Shown here one piece after another: positions 15,401 through 24,000 of a stretch of DNA of 24,000 nt (positions within the stretch are counted from its first letter, which is position 1; every line of letters begins with the position of its first letter). The position numbers were made by a program, and so were the translations under genes. The DNA comes from an uncultured Rickettsiales bacterium. Its GTDB lineage: Bacteria; Pseudomonadota; Alphaproteobacteria; Rickettsiales; CAYGPX01. Below the pieces are notes generated by a model. The model searched no databases and had not been told where the DNA came from. It saw only the letters and a program-made list of their open reading frames with translations. The stretch covers positions 4,877 through 28,876 of the forward strand of contig CAYGPX010000001.1 in NCBI GenBank assembly GCA_964351935.1, in the 5' to 3' direction.

Positions 15401-16438
15401 CTAATCACTTTTTGGAAATGCTTGCAACAAGGCTGATAAGTCTGAGGCTGGGCGAGCACCAAATACTTTTATTCCTTCAACTGCGGCCAAGTTACCCAGC
15501 TTCCCACAATCGTTTAGTGCCATATTTTGTGTATAACCATATAGAAAACCACTCGCAAAAAGAGCGCCTACGCCCGTTTTGTCTACCGGATTTTCCACCA
15601 ATATTCCAGGAGCATTAACAATCCCATCTTTTGTAATAATATCTGCACCTTTTTCAGCAATGGTTACTACGGCGATAAGTGGGCGTTTCTGACACAGTTC
15701 TTGCAAAGCTTTTAATACCCGTGAATATTCAAAAACACTTAGCAATGCTGAAATTTCAGGCACATTGGCAAAAAGAATATCTACTTCTTTCGCTACCAAT
15801 TCCACCAGCGTTTCACGATGGCGCGAGACACATGCTGCATCACTTAGGCTTAGTGCTATTTTCGTATCATGCTTTTTTGATAGGTTAATAAGCTTTTCTA
15901 GCGCCTTTTCCCCCTGCTTAGATTCCAACATAAAAGCCGAAAGATAAACCACACTCGCAGACTTAACTACTTCCTCACTAATATCATTTTCTTTTGTTTT
16001 GCTGCCTACAAAAGTGCACATGGTACGCGCACTATCAGGCGTTACAATCACAAGCGAACGGCCTGTTCTTTCTCCGTCCACTGCAGGCGGAACCAAGCAA
16101 TCGATCCCTCTTCCTTCAAGCTTCTCAAAAAAACGCTTTCCTTCCGCGTCGGCAAAAACACGGCCTATATATCCCACTTTTGCACCAAATGACGAAAGCC
16201 CAGCGGCTGTATTCGCAGCAGAGCCGCCCGACATCTCTTTGATATCGTGAAGCATGTGCGCACTATTCTCTTTTAATGTATCCAGATAGCCAAATAGTGC
16301 TTCCGCTTTCTTTTCATCCATGTAGATGACAGATCGTTTCTTTAATCCTAATTTTTCAAGAAAGCCCTCTTCAGCTCTCACCAACGTATCGACAATTGCA
16401 TCGCCTACCGCCAGCACATCATATTTTCTTTTTTCCAT
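15401..16438 (-). CDS. PfkB-family carbohydrate/adenosine kinase homologue with an altered catalytic motif
   Basis: GG switch and substrate motif MSGGSAANTAAG, NxxE motif ANVPE, and a C-terminal anion-hole region that reads DKTGVGALFASGFLYG where family members have DTTGAGDxFxxGFL. Confidence 0.85.
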   Translation of the reverse strand: MEKRKYDVLAVGDAIVDTLVRAEEGFLEKLGLKKRSVIYMDEKKAEALFGYLDTLKENSAHMLHDIKEMSGGSAANTAAGLSSFGAKVGYIGRVFADAEGKRFFEKLEGRGIDCLVPPAVDGERTGRSLVIVTPDSARTMCTFVGSKTKENDISEEVVKSASVVYLSAFMLESKQGEKALEKLINLSKKHDTKIALSLSDAACVSRHRETLVELVAKEVDILFANVPEISALLSVFEYSRVLKALQELCQKRPLIAVVTIAEKGADIITKDGIVNAPGILVENPVDKTGVGALFASGFLYGYTQNMALNDCGKLGNLAAVEGIKVFGARPASDLSALLQAFPKSD

Positions 16439-16474
16439 TCCGTACTACCTTGCTATTTATACCTTAAAAGACTT

Positions 16475-17236
16475 TTAATAATACCATAACCACATCATCC
16501 AACAAACACCAAACCAACCAGAAAACATATTGAATTTAAACATAAATCTGGCCAGTAAGTGTAATATAAATGCAGCAGCATAGAGATAAATTGCTGGTAT
16601 TACGCCAATCCAAACTGCGCTGATTGTAAAGAGTATCACATAGGAAAACCCTTCACCTGAAAAGCGCCCCTGCTCTTTATATTGCAGATAATCGGTGCTT
16701 TGCTTAAACCTACCCTGTAATCCAAAGACCACATGGCGAACGCACAACCCAACTAGAGCTGCTAGCGATGTTTGGGTTAAAATACCATAAATATGACCAT
16801 CGGTTTTAGCACGCACTACCAATGCTAACATCCATATAAATAACAAAATTTTCGGCTGTAGTTTCTGATGTTCATACTCAATTGCTGAAAGCACTACCAG
16901 CGCTGTGCCAAGTGCCGTAAGTAGCAAAAAATCTTCCGACATATTCACCACTAAAAAGCTGATTATAAACAGCACTGCTGTAGCTATCTCAGTATAGAGA
17001 TAGAGCCCTCGCCTGCCATATTTCACACCGCAATAGCGGCAGTGCCCGCGTCTGGTTAGAAATGAGATAACCGATACATAATCGCGAAATATCAAATCAT
17101 GTTTACAAGTAGGGCAAAAAGGCTTTTTCCCAATCCACGGCATGCCATTTGGCAGACGATACATTGCCATCGTAGCAAAACTTCCCCAGCCCAGCCCAAG
17201 TATGGTTGCTATAATTAAACCAGGAATCATGTCCAT
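16475..17236 (-). CDS. Prepilin peptidase (A24)-like polytopic membrane protein with an N-terminal Cys-rich domain; canonical Asp motifs not conserved
   Basis: WGSFATMAMYRLP, CPTCKHDL...GHCRYCG (A24 N-terminal zinc-ribbon-like domain) and LSAIEYEHQKLQP (cf. PilD LSLIDADHQLLPD). It has multiple TM helices. Confidence 0.7.
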   Translation of the reverse strand: MDMIPGLIIATILGLGWGSFATMAMYRLPNGMPWIGKKPFCPTCKHDLIFRDYVSVISFLTRRGHCRYCGVKYGRRGLYLYTEIATAVLFIISFLVVNMSEDFLLLTALGTALVVLSAIEYEHQKLQPKILLFIWMLALVVRAKTDGHIYGILTQTSLAALVGLCVRHVVFGLQGRFKQSTDYLQYKEQGRFSGEGFSYVILFTISAVWIGVIPAIYLYAAAFILHLLARFMFKFNMFSGWFGVCWMMWLWYY

Positions 17237-17241
17237 TTAGA

Positions 17242-18693
17242 TTATCCAATTTTCATTTTCTTGTATGCTTCCATCGCCTTATCACGTGCTTCTGCGTGCT
17301 CTACAATGGGGTGTGGGTAATCTTTCCCCAATCTTAAACCTGCATCCAGCAACAGCATTGGCGGCACTTCCCAAGGAGTATGAATCATATCATCAGGCAG
17401 TTTAGCAAGTTCTGGCACATAGTGCCTGATATAAGCTGCTTCTTCATCAAATTTTTTACTCTGCAGGATAGGATTAAAGATTCTAAAATAAGGTGCGGCA
17501 TCCGCGCCACAGCCAGCAACCCACTGCCAACTGGCAATGTTGCTCGCATAATCGGCATCTACTAATGTATCCCAAAACCACGCTTCACCTATCTGCCAAT
17601 TAATGCGCAAATGCTTAATAAGAAACGAGGCTACCACCATACGCACACGGTTATGCATCACACCGGTTTGCCAAAGCTGCCGCATACCAGCATCCACCAG
17701 CGGGTAACCCGTTTTACCTATTTTCCATGCCTCTAACCATTCTTGGTTTTTTTCCCATGTAAATGCATCAAATTCTTTCTTGAAAGGTTTTGTGGGCATA
17801 TGAGGAAAATGAAAAAGCAGATGCGCACAAAATTCACGCCAGCCTATTTCTGAAAGAAATTTATCAGCTGCATTTTGCTTTTCAGGTGCAATAGATTCAA
17901 CATAGCCCCTCACACTATGCCACACTTGACGCGGGCTTATTTGACCAAAGTGCAAGTAAGGTGAAAGCGACGAAGTGTGATTGCTTGCAGGAAAATCTCG
18001 CCCTTTGCTATAATGCTGCAAATGCTTTTGCATAAATGTTTCTAAAAGATCACCCGCTGCTTTTTCACTCACCTGCCACTGCGCATAAAAGCCTTTATCC
18101 CAATCAAGCTTTGGCAATAATTGAAGACTTTCTATTGCTTCGCCTGTGATAGAGAGCGGGGGTAGCTTTAGTTGCTTTGGCACTGGGAGCAATGCAGAAA
18201 CATCGTTTGCCTGCTTCACACAATGTTTCCAAAATGGGGTAAACACCTTAAACGGTTCACCGCTTCCATTTCTGATCATTTCGGGTTCAAATAGCAATTT
18301 TCCTGCAAATTGTTTGGTTTGAAAACCTTCCGCTTGTAGTGTCTTTGCTAGTATATCATCGCGCTTTCTAGTAGGAATTTCATAGCTTTTATGCCAAAAA
18401 ACTTTGCGCGCGCCTGTTTCTTTTGAAAGCTGGGTTAATACGTCTTCACTATTTCCTTTAAACACCAATAGCGTTGAGTTTAGCTTTTCCAAATCGTGCT
18501 TTAGGCTACAAAGCGCATGATGTAGCCACCATTTACTCGCAGCACCTGCTTTACGAATATTCTTGTCGGTTTCATCATGAATATATACAGGGATTACTGC
18601 ACCTTGGCTGGCTGCTTCAAAAAGCGCTTCATTATCGCTCACGCGCAAATCATCCCGAAACCACATAATGATAGGTGTTATATCACTGCTCAT
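17242..18693 (-). CDS. phrB: Deoxyribodipyrimidine photolyase (class I CPD type)
   Basis: WFRDDLRVSDN and TGYPLVDAGMRQLWQTGVMHNRVRMVVASFL...WQWVAGCGADAAPYFRIFNP closely parallel E. coli Phr. I chose the ATG at 18693 because it forms an ATGA overlap with the addB stop (TGA 18692-18690). GTG 18702 is an alternative. Confidence 0.9.
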   Translation of the reverse strand: MSSDITPIIMWFRDDLRVSDNEALFEAASQGAVIPVYIHDETDKNIRKAGAASKWWLHHALCSLKHDLEKLNSTLLVFKGNSEDVLTQLSKETGARKVFWHKSYEIPTRKRDDILAKTLQAEGFQTKQFAGKLLFEPEMIRNGSGEPFKVFTPFWKHCVKQANDVSALLPVPKQLKLPPLSITGEAIESLQLLPKLDWDKGFYAQWQVSEKAAGDLLETFMQKHLQHYSKGRDFPASNHTSSLSPYLHFGQISPRQVWHSVRGYVESIAPEKQNAADKFLSEIGWREFCAHLLFHFPHMPTKPFKKEFDAFTWEKNQEWLEAWKIGKTGYPLVDAGMRQLWQTGVMHNRVRMVVASFLIKHLRINWQIGEAWFWDTLVDADYASNIASWQWVAGCGADAAPYFRIFNPILQSKKFDEEAAYIRHYVPELAKLPDDMIHTPWEVPPMLLLDAGLRLGKDYPHPIVEHAEARDKAMEAYKKMKIG

Positions 18694-21650
18694 ATTCCCC
18701 ACTCTTCTTCACGAATTAAATGCGCGTAATCATCAAACTTTATATGCCCACTTCCAAATGGATAGGCAATATAGGCGTGCTGCTCGTCATCAAACCACGC
18801 AACCAATTGCTTTAAACCTGTTTGTGCTTCTTTTACCCAGTTTTCAATGCGCTCTGGTTCTTTTTTGGTTGAAACAAACGAGCTAAGTTCAATTGCTTTC
18901 TTGCGCCCTGATACTTTCCAATATGCTAGTTCTGCCACATGTTGCGGCACGGGTACTAAGTCTTTAAAACCGCCATTAATGGCAATGAGTGCCTCAAGCG
19001 GCAACTGCGGTTTTTTGCCCTGCGCCACAGACGAGGGAAACGGCGCTGCTCCCGTTTTATAATCAATCACATGCAAACAAGCTTGGCGATCTATTTCAAG
19101 CCTATCGGCTTTGGCAGTCAACGTAAACGTGCCACCTTCACTTTCAAAACTATACTCGCCTTTTATTTCGCTATAACTCTGCTTTATCTGCTGGCGACGT
19201 TGCTTTTCAAGCACCACTAACTCTGCAGCAATACGCGTAGTTCTCGGCCACCATAAAAGCTTGATGCTTTGCGGAAGCTGTTGCTCTAAAAACACCTTTT
19301 CTGCCTGCTCGAGCCATATGGCTGTCATTTCTTCTACGCTCAGCGTATCCTGCCATAGTCTCTGTGCAAAATTTTCTACTACCTTATGGATAAAATTACC
19401 AAATTCTAATGCGCCGGGTGCTTTATCAAGCTCCTCTAATGCTCGTAGTCGTAAAACATATTTGGCATAAATTGCATAGGGGTTTTGCTGTAAATTTTCG
19501 ATGTTGGTAACGGAAAGCCTGCGAGGTCGCAAGCCCAGCGGAGGTTTTGGCATAGGCGATGTTATCGCCACTTCCTGCTTAGAAGCATAAAGCGCTTGAT
19601 ACCAGCTATGCCATGGTTTTTCAGCCACCAGCGCATTCTGATTTCCTGATGCCTCAAGCACCGCGCCAAGACGCATCCACCAGCGCGAGGGCGTTGCTTC
19701 TGCGCCGTCTATTTTTCGGCTACGTGTCAGCACCACTTCATTCGCACAAAAATACTGCATAAAATCATGCGCCGATTGGCCAATGCGTTGTTCAGGCAGA
19801 GGCAAACCAAATTTTATACGCATAGGGCGACTCATCCACGGATCGGCCGAAGGTAGCGACGGCCAACTTCCTTCATTTAAACCACCCAAAATGAGCCTAT
19901 CGTAATGTTGCAATCTCGCTTCAAGCGGCCCTAAAATATGCAGCCTTGGGTGCAACCCATAGCTTGGCCTAAAGGTTTTACCTTCAAGCAGTGCTTCAAT
20001 CAGGCTTTCAGCTTCGGTTGCATAGACCGTTTGGGGAATATCTTTTATATCGTATAATTGTTGATACCAAGCCTGTAACTGCTCAGCCGCATCACTTGAC
20101 CAAAGACGCGTTTCGCCTGCTTCTGCATCGCTCGTGGCGAGTGCTTCTGCTACCTGAATCACGACATCAAGCACGTCCATCAATCTTACTTTTTCACGCA
20201 ATGCTCGCATGCGCGAAAGCGGCGAGAGTGCATCGCACAGGTGTTCAAGAAACTCAATCAGCGGGGTATCTTCACCATTTTTCTTCAGTAACAGTAATAA
20301 ATCTTGCGGTGTTTTTGCTTTGCACACCCCTCTTAAATAATAATGCTCCAGCTTTCTCACATGGTTAAGGCAGACAAGTGGCGCATAGCCAACTGCTGTG
20401 TAAGGATGCTTAAGGCATGCCAGCAAACCAAATAAACTGCTGTCCTGCTCAAGCAAACCAGCCACCAGCCGCAAGAATACCGCAGGGGTTGATTCTGCTA
20501 ATGGCTTTCCCGCTGAATCATCCACGTTAATATTCCAGCGCTTTAATGCCATCACCACATGACGTGCAAGGCTTCTATCATGCGTCACCAGTGCCGCAGT
20601 TTTACTTTGAGTTTCCAGCGTCTCTCGCAACATCAGTGCTATGATGCCTGCCTCTTCATGCAACGATGAGGCCTCAAGCTGAGTGATGTTTGCAAACGCA
20701 TCCGCTTCAGGCTTATAACGCAGCCATTCTTGTGCCGTTTCAGCCGGACGCATCAATTGACTTGCCAACTCAAGCCTTGCTTCTGGCGCAGTTTGAAATG
20801 ATGCATCCTCATGCCAAATTTCTACCTTATTACGCGGAGCTTTCAATTTATCTAGCAGCTGTTTTATTTCATATTGCGGATGGGTTTCACCAATGGCTTG
20901 ACAGCTTTTATCATCTATATGTTGGTCTAGCCCCGGCAATACCACATGTCCATTTGGCAGCGATGCAATGACGGAAAGTAAGTTTGAAACGGCAGGCACA
21001 CCGCCCACAGCACCGGCTGCAATAATCGGATATTCCGGTGGTTCTTGTTGCCATATTTCAGCTTGGAGTGCCAACATGGTGTTGCGATATTCCGTCACCG
21101 TAATGGCTTGCTGTTCTTTTAGCAGTTCAGGCCAGTTTTCTACCAAAATTTTTAGAAATTCTAGCGTATCCTGCCAATGCGCCTGAAACTCTTCAGGGTA
21201 GAGATTTTCAAGATTATCGAACGAAAGCTGCTCGCGCTCTACTTCCGAAAGGAATGCTGCCAGTTCGCCTGCAAGCTTCAGCGAATGCACAAACATTGCA
21301 TCATTGCCTTGTTTTGTTTTTCGCCATTGATGTGTAAGTTTTGCCAGTAACAACTGTTGTCTTACGGGCGCAATTGCAGAGGGCACTTCCATCAGTTTGC
21401 CAGCAGCAAGCATGGCCATATTGATGTGTTCCTCTTCAATATCACCGAGGGGCATCATCCGCGGCAAAAGCGTGGCGTTGCCATCACTCAGGCGCAAGAA
21501 TGCATCTTTTAACGCCTGCGCTGAGCGGCGGTTTGGCAGCAACAAAAGCATGTCGCTATGCGCTTGCATCTGGCTTCCAAAGCGGTGCAAAATGCCCGCT
21601 GCCAGCGAATCAACAAAGGCATAGTTAGAAGAAATGGTAAACAAATGCAT
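18690..21650 (-). CDS. addB: Double-strand break repair protein AddB (alphaproteobacterial type, PD-(D/E)XK nuclease)
   Basis: 986 aa. The N-terminus MHLFTISSNYAFVDSLAAGIL is typical of alpha-type AddB, with no Walker A. The C-terminal RecB-family nuclease motifs are AKADRLE and LHVIDYKTG. Confidence 0.85.
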   Translation of the reverse strand: MHLFTISSNYAFVDSLAAGILHRFGSQMQAHSDMLLLLPNRRSAQALKDAFLRLSDGNATLLPRMMPLGDIEEEHINMAMLAAGKLMEVPSAIAPVRQQLLLAKLTHQWRKTKQGNDAMFVHSLKLAGELAAFLSEVEREQLSFDNLENLYPEEFQAHWQDTLEFLKILVENWPELLKEQQAITVTEYRNTMLALQAEIWQQEPPEYPIIAAGAVGGVPAVSNLLSVIASLPNGHVVLPGLDQHIDDKSCQAIGETHPQYEIKQLLDKLKAPRNKVEIWHEDASFQTAPEARLELASQLMRPAETAQEWLRYKPEADAFANITQLEASSLHEEAGIIALMLRETLETQSKTAALVTHDRSLARHVVMALKRWNINVDDSAGKPLAESTPAVFLRLVAGLLEQDSSLFGLLACLKHPYTAVGYAPLVCLNHVRKLEHYYLRGVCKAKTPQDLLLLLKKNGEDTPLIEFLEHLCDALSPLSRMRALREKVRLMDVLDVVIQVAEALATSDAEAGETRLWSSDAAEQLQAWYQQLYDIKDIPQTVYATEAESLIEALLEGKTFRPSYGLHPRLHILGPLEARLQHYDRLILGGLNEGSWPSLPSADPWMSRPMRIKFGLPLPEQRIGQSAHDFMQYFCANEVVLTRSRKIDGAEATPSRWWMRLGAVLEASGNQNALVAEKPWHSWYQALYASKQEVAITSPMPKPPLGLRPRRLSVTNIENLQQNPYAIYAKYVLRLRALEELDKAPGALEFGNFIHKVVENFAQRLWQDTLSVEEMTAIWLEQAEKVFLEQQLPQSIKLLWWPRTTRIAAELVVLEKQRRQQIKQSYSEIKGEYSFESEGGTFTLTAKADRLEIDRQACLHVIDYKTGAAPFPSSVAQGKKPQLPLEALIAINGGFKDLVPVPQHVAELAYWKVSGRKKAIELSSFVSTKKEPERIENWVKEAQTGLKQLVAWFDDEQHAYIAYPFGSGHIKFDDYAHLIREEEWGI

Positions 21651-21750
21651 AGCAAGTGATCGTGATTTGTTGTTTCTAATCAGACACTCTAGCAGCTAAT
21701 TCTTTCATCGCCAGTTAAATTATGGTAACAAACCCGAACAAATCTTTTGC

Positions 21751-23553
21751 CTAATCATCACCTACTTTCAGCGCAGCAATAAAGGCACTTTGCGGAATTT
21801 CTACGTTACCAACGGTACGCATCCGTTTTTTACCCTTCTTCTGCTTATCAAGCAGTTTGCGCTTACGCGAAACATCACCGCCATAACATTTGGCCGTTAC
21901 GTCCTTGCGCATCGCACTTACAGTTTCACGTGCAATAATTTTTCCACCAATCGCCGCTTGAATTGCAATTTGAAACATCTGACGTGGGATAAGATCTTTC
22001 AAGCGCTTGCAAAGCTCTCGCCCGCGTGATTCAGCACGGCTTTTATGCACTACAATCGAGAGTGCATCTACCGGCTCTGCGTTCACCATAATGGTCAACT
22101 TCACCAACGAACCTTCTTTATAACCATCCACGTGCCACTCAAAACTTGCATAGCCACGTGTGACTGATTTTAGGCGATCATAAAAATCATACACAATTTC
22201 ATTCAGCGGCAAGCGATAGACCACCATCGCACGATTTCCTGCATAGGTCAGATCCACTTGTTCACCACGCTTATCGGTACATAATGTTAATACCGAGCCC
22301 AAATATTCATCCGGCACCAGAATGGTTGCTTTAATCCACGGCTCTTCCATATGATCAATTTTCACAGGGTCTGGCATATCAGCAGGGTTATGCACGTCTT
22401 TCACCGTGCCATCCGTCATGTGCACTTTATACACCACGCTTGGTGCGGTAGTAATCAGATCTAAATCGAATTCTCTATCTAAGCGTTCTTGGATAATTTC
22501 AAGATGTAGCAACCCTAAAAATCCACAACGGAAACCAAGTCCCAATGCACCAGAGGTTTCCATCTCAAATTCAAAACTAGAATCGTTTAGCTGTAATTTT
22601 TCGAGCGAGTCACGCAAATGGTCAAATTCAGAAGCATCTATAGGAAACAATCCACAGAACACTACCGGTAAGTTTGGTTTAAAACCGGGAAGCTTATCTT
22701 TGCATGGCACTTTCTCATCCGTAATCGTATCACCCACCTTGCAATCGGAAACTTGCTTGATGGAAGCCGTGAAGAAGCCCATTTCACCTGCACGCAATTC
22801 GTCCTTATAGATTTTCTTGGGGGTAAAAATACCCACATTATCCACCTGATAGAGTGAGCCAAGACGCATCATTTTAATCTTCTGGCCTTTTTTCATGACG
22901 CCATCTATCACCCGAATCAAAATCACCACACCAAGGTAAGGGTCATACCAACTATCAACGAGTAGCGCTTTTAGCGGAGCATCCACATCACCTTTTGGTG
23001 GTGGCAACAATGTGACCAGCGCTTCGAGAATTTCTTTAATACCTTGTCCGGTTTTAGCTGAAGCTTCCACTGCGCACGAGGTATCTAAGCCAATCACATC
23101 TTCAATTTGTTGTCTGACGCGCTCAGGCTCAGCCGCTGGCAAATCAATTTTATTGAGAACAGGAATAATTTCATGGTTATTATCAATTGCCTGATACACA
23201 TTGGCGAGCGTCTGCGCTTCTACACCTTGGCTTGCATCCACCACCAACAGCGAGCCTTCGCATGCAGCAAGGGAACGACTCACTTCATAGGCGAAATCCA
23301 CATGGCCGGGCGTGTCCATCAAATTCAAAATATAGGTTTTACCGTCTGTAGCTTTATATTCAAGCCTTACGGTTTGCGCCTTAATAGTAATTCCGCGTTC
23401 GCGTTCAATATCCATACTATCAAGCACTTGCGCTGTCATTTCGCGCGAGGTGAGACCTCCGCACTCCTGAATCAAGCGATCCGCAAGCGTTGATTTTCCG
23501 TGGTCAATATGCGCAATAATTGCAAAATTTCTTATATGGCTTAGATCTGACAT
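21751..23553 (-). CDS. lepA: Translation elongation factor 4 (LepA)
   Basis: G1 [11 protein letters not shown]3 DTPGHVDF, G4 NKID, and the LepA-specific C-terminal domain ([24 protein letters not shown]). Confidence 0.96.
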   Translation of the reverse strand: MSDLSHIRNFAIIAHIDHGKSTLADRLIQECGGLTSREMTAQVLDSMDIERERGITIKAQTVRLEYKATDGKTYILNLMDTPGHVDFAYEVSRSLAACEGSLLVVDASQGVEAQTLANVYQAIDNNHEIIPVLNKIDLPAAEPERVRQQIEDVIGLDTSCAVEASAKTGQGIKEILEALVTLLPPPKGDVDAPLKALLVDSWYDPYLGVVILIRVIDGVMKKGQKIKMMRLGSLYQVDNVGIFTPKKIYKDELRAGEMGFFTASIKQVSDCKVGDTITDEKVPCKDKLPGFKPNLPVVFCGLFPIDASEFDHLRDSLEKLQLNDSSFEFEMETSGALGLGFRCGFLGLLHLEIIQERLDREFDLDLITTAPSVVYKVHMTDGTVKDVHNPADMPDPVKIDHMEEPWIKATILVPDEYLGSVLTLCTDKRGEQVDLTYAGNRAMVVYRLPLNEIVYDFYDRLKSVTRGYASFEWHVDGYKEGSLVKLTIMVNAEPVDALSIVVHKSRAESRGRELCKRLKDLIPRQMFQIAIQAAIGGKIIARETVSAMRKDVTAKCYGGDVSRKRKLLDKQKKGKKRMRTVGNVEIPQSAFIAALKVGDD

Positions 23554-23556
23554 AAG

Positions 23557-24000
23557 TTATTCCAACACCTTCTCTGGCTTAATTCTTGATATATGCTCAC
23601 GCCAATTAGAGGCATGCTTATAATAGGAAATGGCCTCCAATAGCAAGTTCTCTTCTAGTTCCGCTTCAGGCATCAGCACTTCATCTTTATATACAGCATA
23701 TTTTTTACCGGGCTTTAAAACCACTAGCATATCATTGCTAATAAAACCAAGCTTCTGATAGTTAGCCACAAATGCGTGCGCCTGCTCATCCGAGTCATGT
23801 AAAATATTTTCACCATAAAAGCGGCTATAGTAAGAAAAATCAAGCAACCCCAGCAAGATTGGCGCAACATCTATTTGGCTGGTGAGATTAGGAACCACAC
23901 GTGCCTCTAGAAATGAAGGCGAATAAATAATGAGAGGAATATGATATTTTTTAACACTCAATTCCGATTTCCCTGCACTGCCTTCTGTATGATCTGCCAC
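23557..24000 (-). CDS. Sulfatase / alkaline-phosphatase-superfamily protein (LTA-synthase / phosphoglycerol-transferase-like), C-terminal part only
   Basis: The ORF is open to the window edge, so the leading M in the track is an artefact of a GTG codon. ADHTEGSAG...YHIPLIIYSP...TSQIDVAPILLGLL is typical of the C-terminal catalytic domain of this family. The stop lies 3 nt before the lepA ATG. Confidence 0.75.
   Translation of the reverse strand: MADHTEGSAGKSELSVKKYHIPLIIYSPSFLEARVVPNLTSQIDVAPILLGLLDFSYYSRFYGENILHDSDEQAHAFVANYQKLGFISNDMLVVLKPGKKYAVYKDEVLMPEAELEENLLLEAISYYKHASNWREHISRIKPEKVLE

Noticed and set aside
15412-16250. Five plus-strand ORFs (60-83 aa) opposite the PfkB gene
   Set aside because: They are antisense shadow ORFs with no SD or motifs.
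18694-18702. GTG start at 18702 for photolyase
   Set aside because: The ATG at 18693 forms a classic ATGA stop-start overlap with addB. The GTG would give a 13-nt overlap. It is kept as an alternative only.
18847-21624. Plus-strand ORFs (69-125 aa) inside addB
   Set aside because: They are antisense to a continuous 986-codon frame with nuclease motifs, and they have no independent support.
21651-21750. Terminator or promoter between lepA and addB
   Set aside because: No hairpin with a U-tract and no convincing -35/-10 pair could be identified by eye. It is left unannotated. addB may have its own weak promoter or be read through from lepA.
21790-23493. Plus-strand ORFs (60-134 aa) and one 66-aa minus-strand out-of-frame ORF inside lepA
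   Set aside because: They are shadow ORFs of one of the most conserved bacterial genes.
1-24000. CRISPR arrays, IS elements or inverted terminal repeats, integrases, tRNA/rRNA/tmRNA genes, toxin-antitoxin or defence-system gene pairs
   Set aside because: I looked for spaced direct repeats, long terminal inverted repeats, tRNA T-arm-like GGTTCGAATCC motifs and small paired ORFs, and found none. All intergenic spacers are short or are explained by regulatory sites.

Overview
This is a 24-kb chromosomal, housekeeping-type window from a moderately AT-rich Gram-negative bacterium. The gene content suggests an alphaproteobacterium, possibly a reduced or intracellular lineage, but that is inference only. 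Supporting genes are an alpha-type AddB (DYK nuclease motif, no N-terminal Walker A), long-form PstC/PstA, ahpC-ahpD with divergent oxyR, cyaY and a 7Fe fdxA. Gene order: pstC(partial)-pstA-pstB | 438-bp NrdR-box-rich spacer | nrdA-nrdB | SemiSWEET | (minus) ahpC-DUF2061-ahpD <-> oxyR | BI-1/YccA-family | (minus) PBP1A <-> cyaY-ABCB exporter-fdxA | (minus) sulfatase(partial)-lepA, then addB-phr-A24-like-PfkB-like. I support 20 CDS plus one speculative 58-aa ORF, several hairpin terminators or stem-loops, and NrdR/OxyR-type operators. I found no rRNA or tRNA, no CRISPR, no IS, transposase or integrase genes, and no obvious acquired island. I do not see a convincing novel multi-gene system (defence, TA, secretion). 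The items most worth a second look are: (1) an unusual array of perfect NrdR palindromes in a long nrdAB leader in front of an ATP-cone-less RNR; (2) a DUF2061 membrane protein wedged inside ahpC-ahpD, plus an SD-preceded small ORF in an oversized oxyR-ahpC spacer; (3) a tight minus-strand operon in which addB has no adjacent addA, is ATGA-coupled to photolyase, and is followed by two enzyme homologues with altered catalytic motifs; (4) cyaY coupled to an ABCB exporter. All family assignments come from motif recognition by eye. No database search was run.
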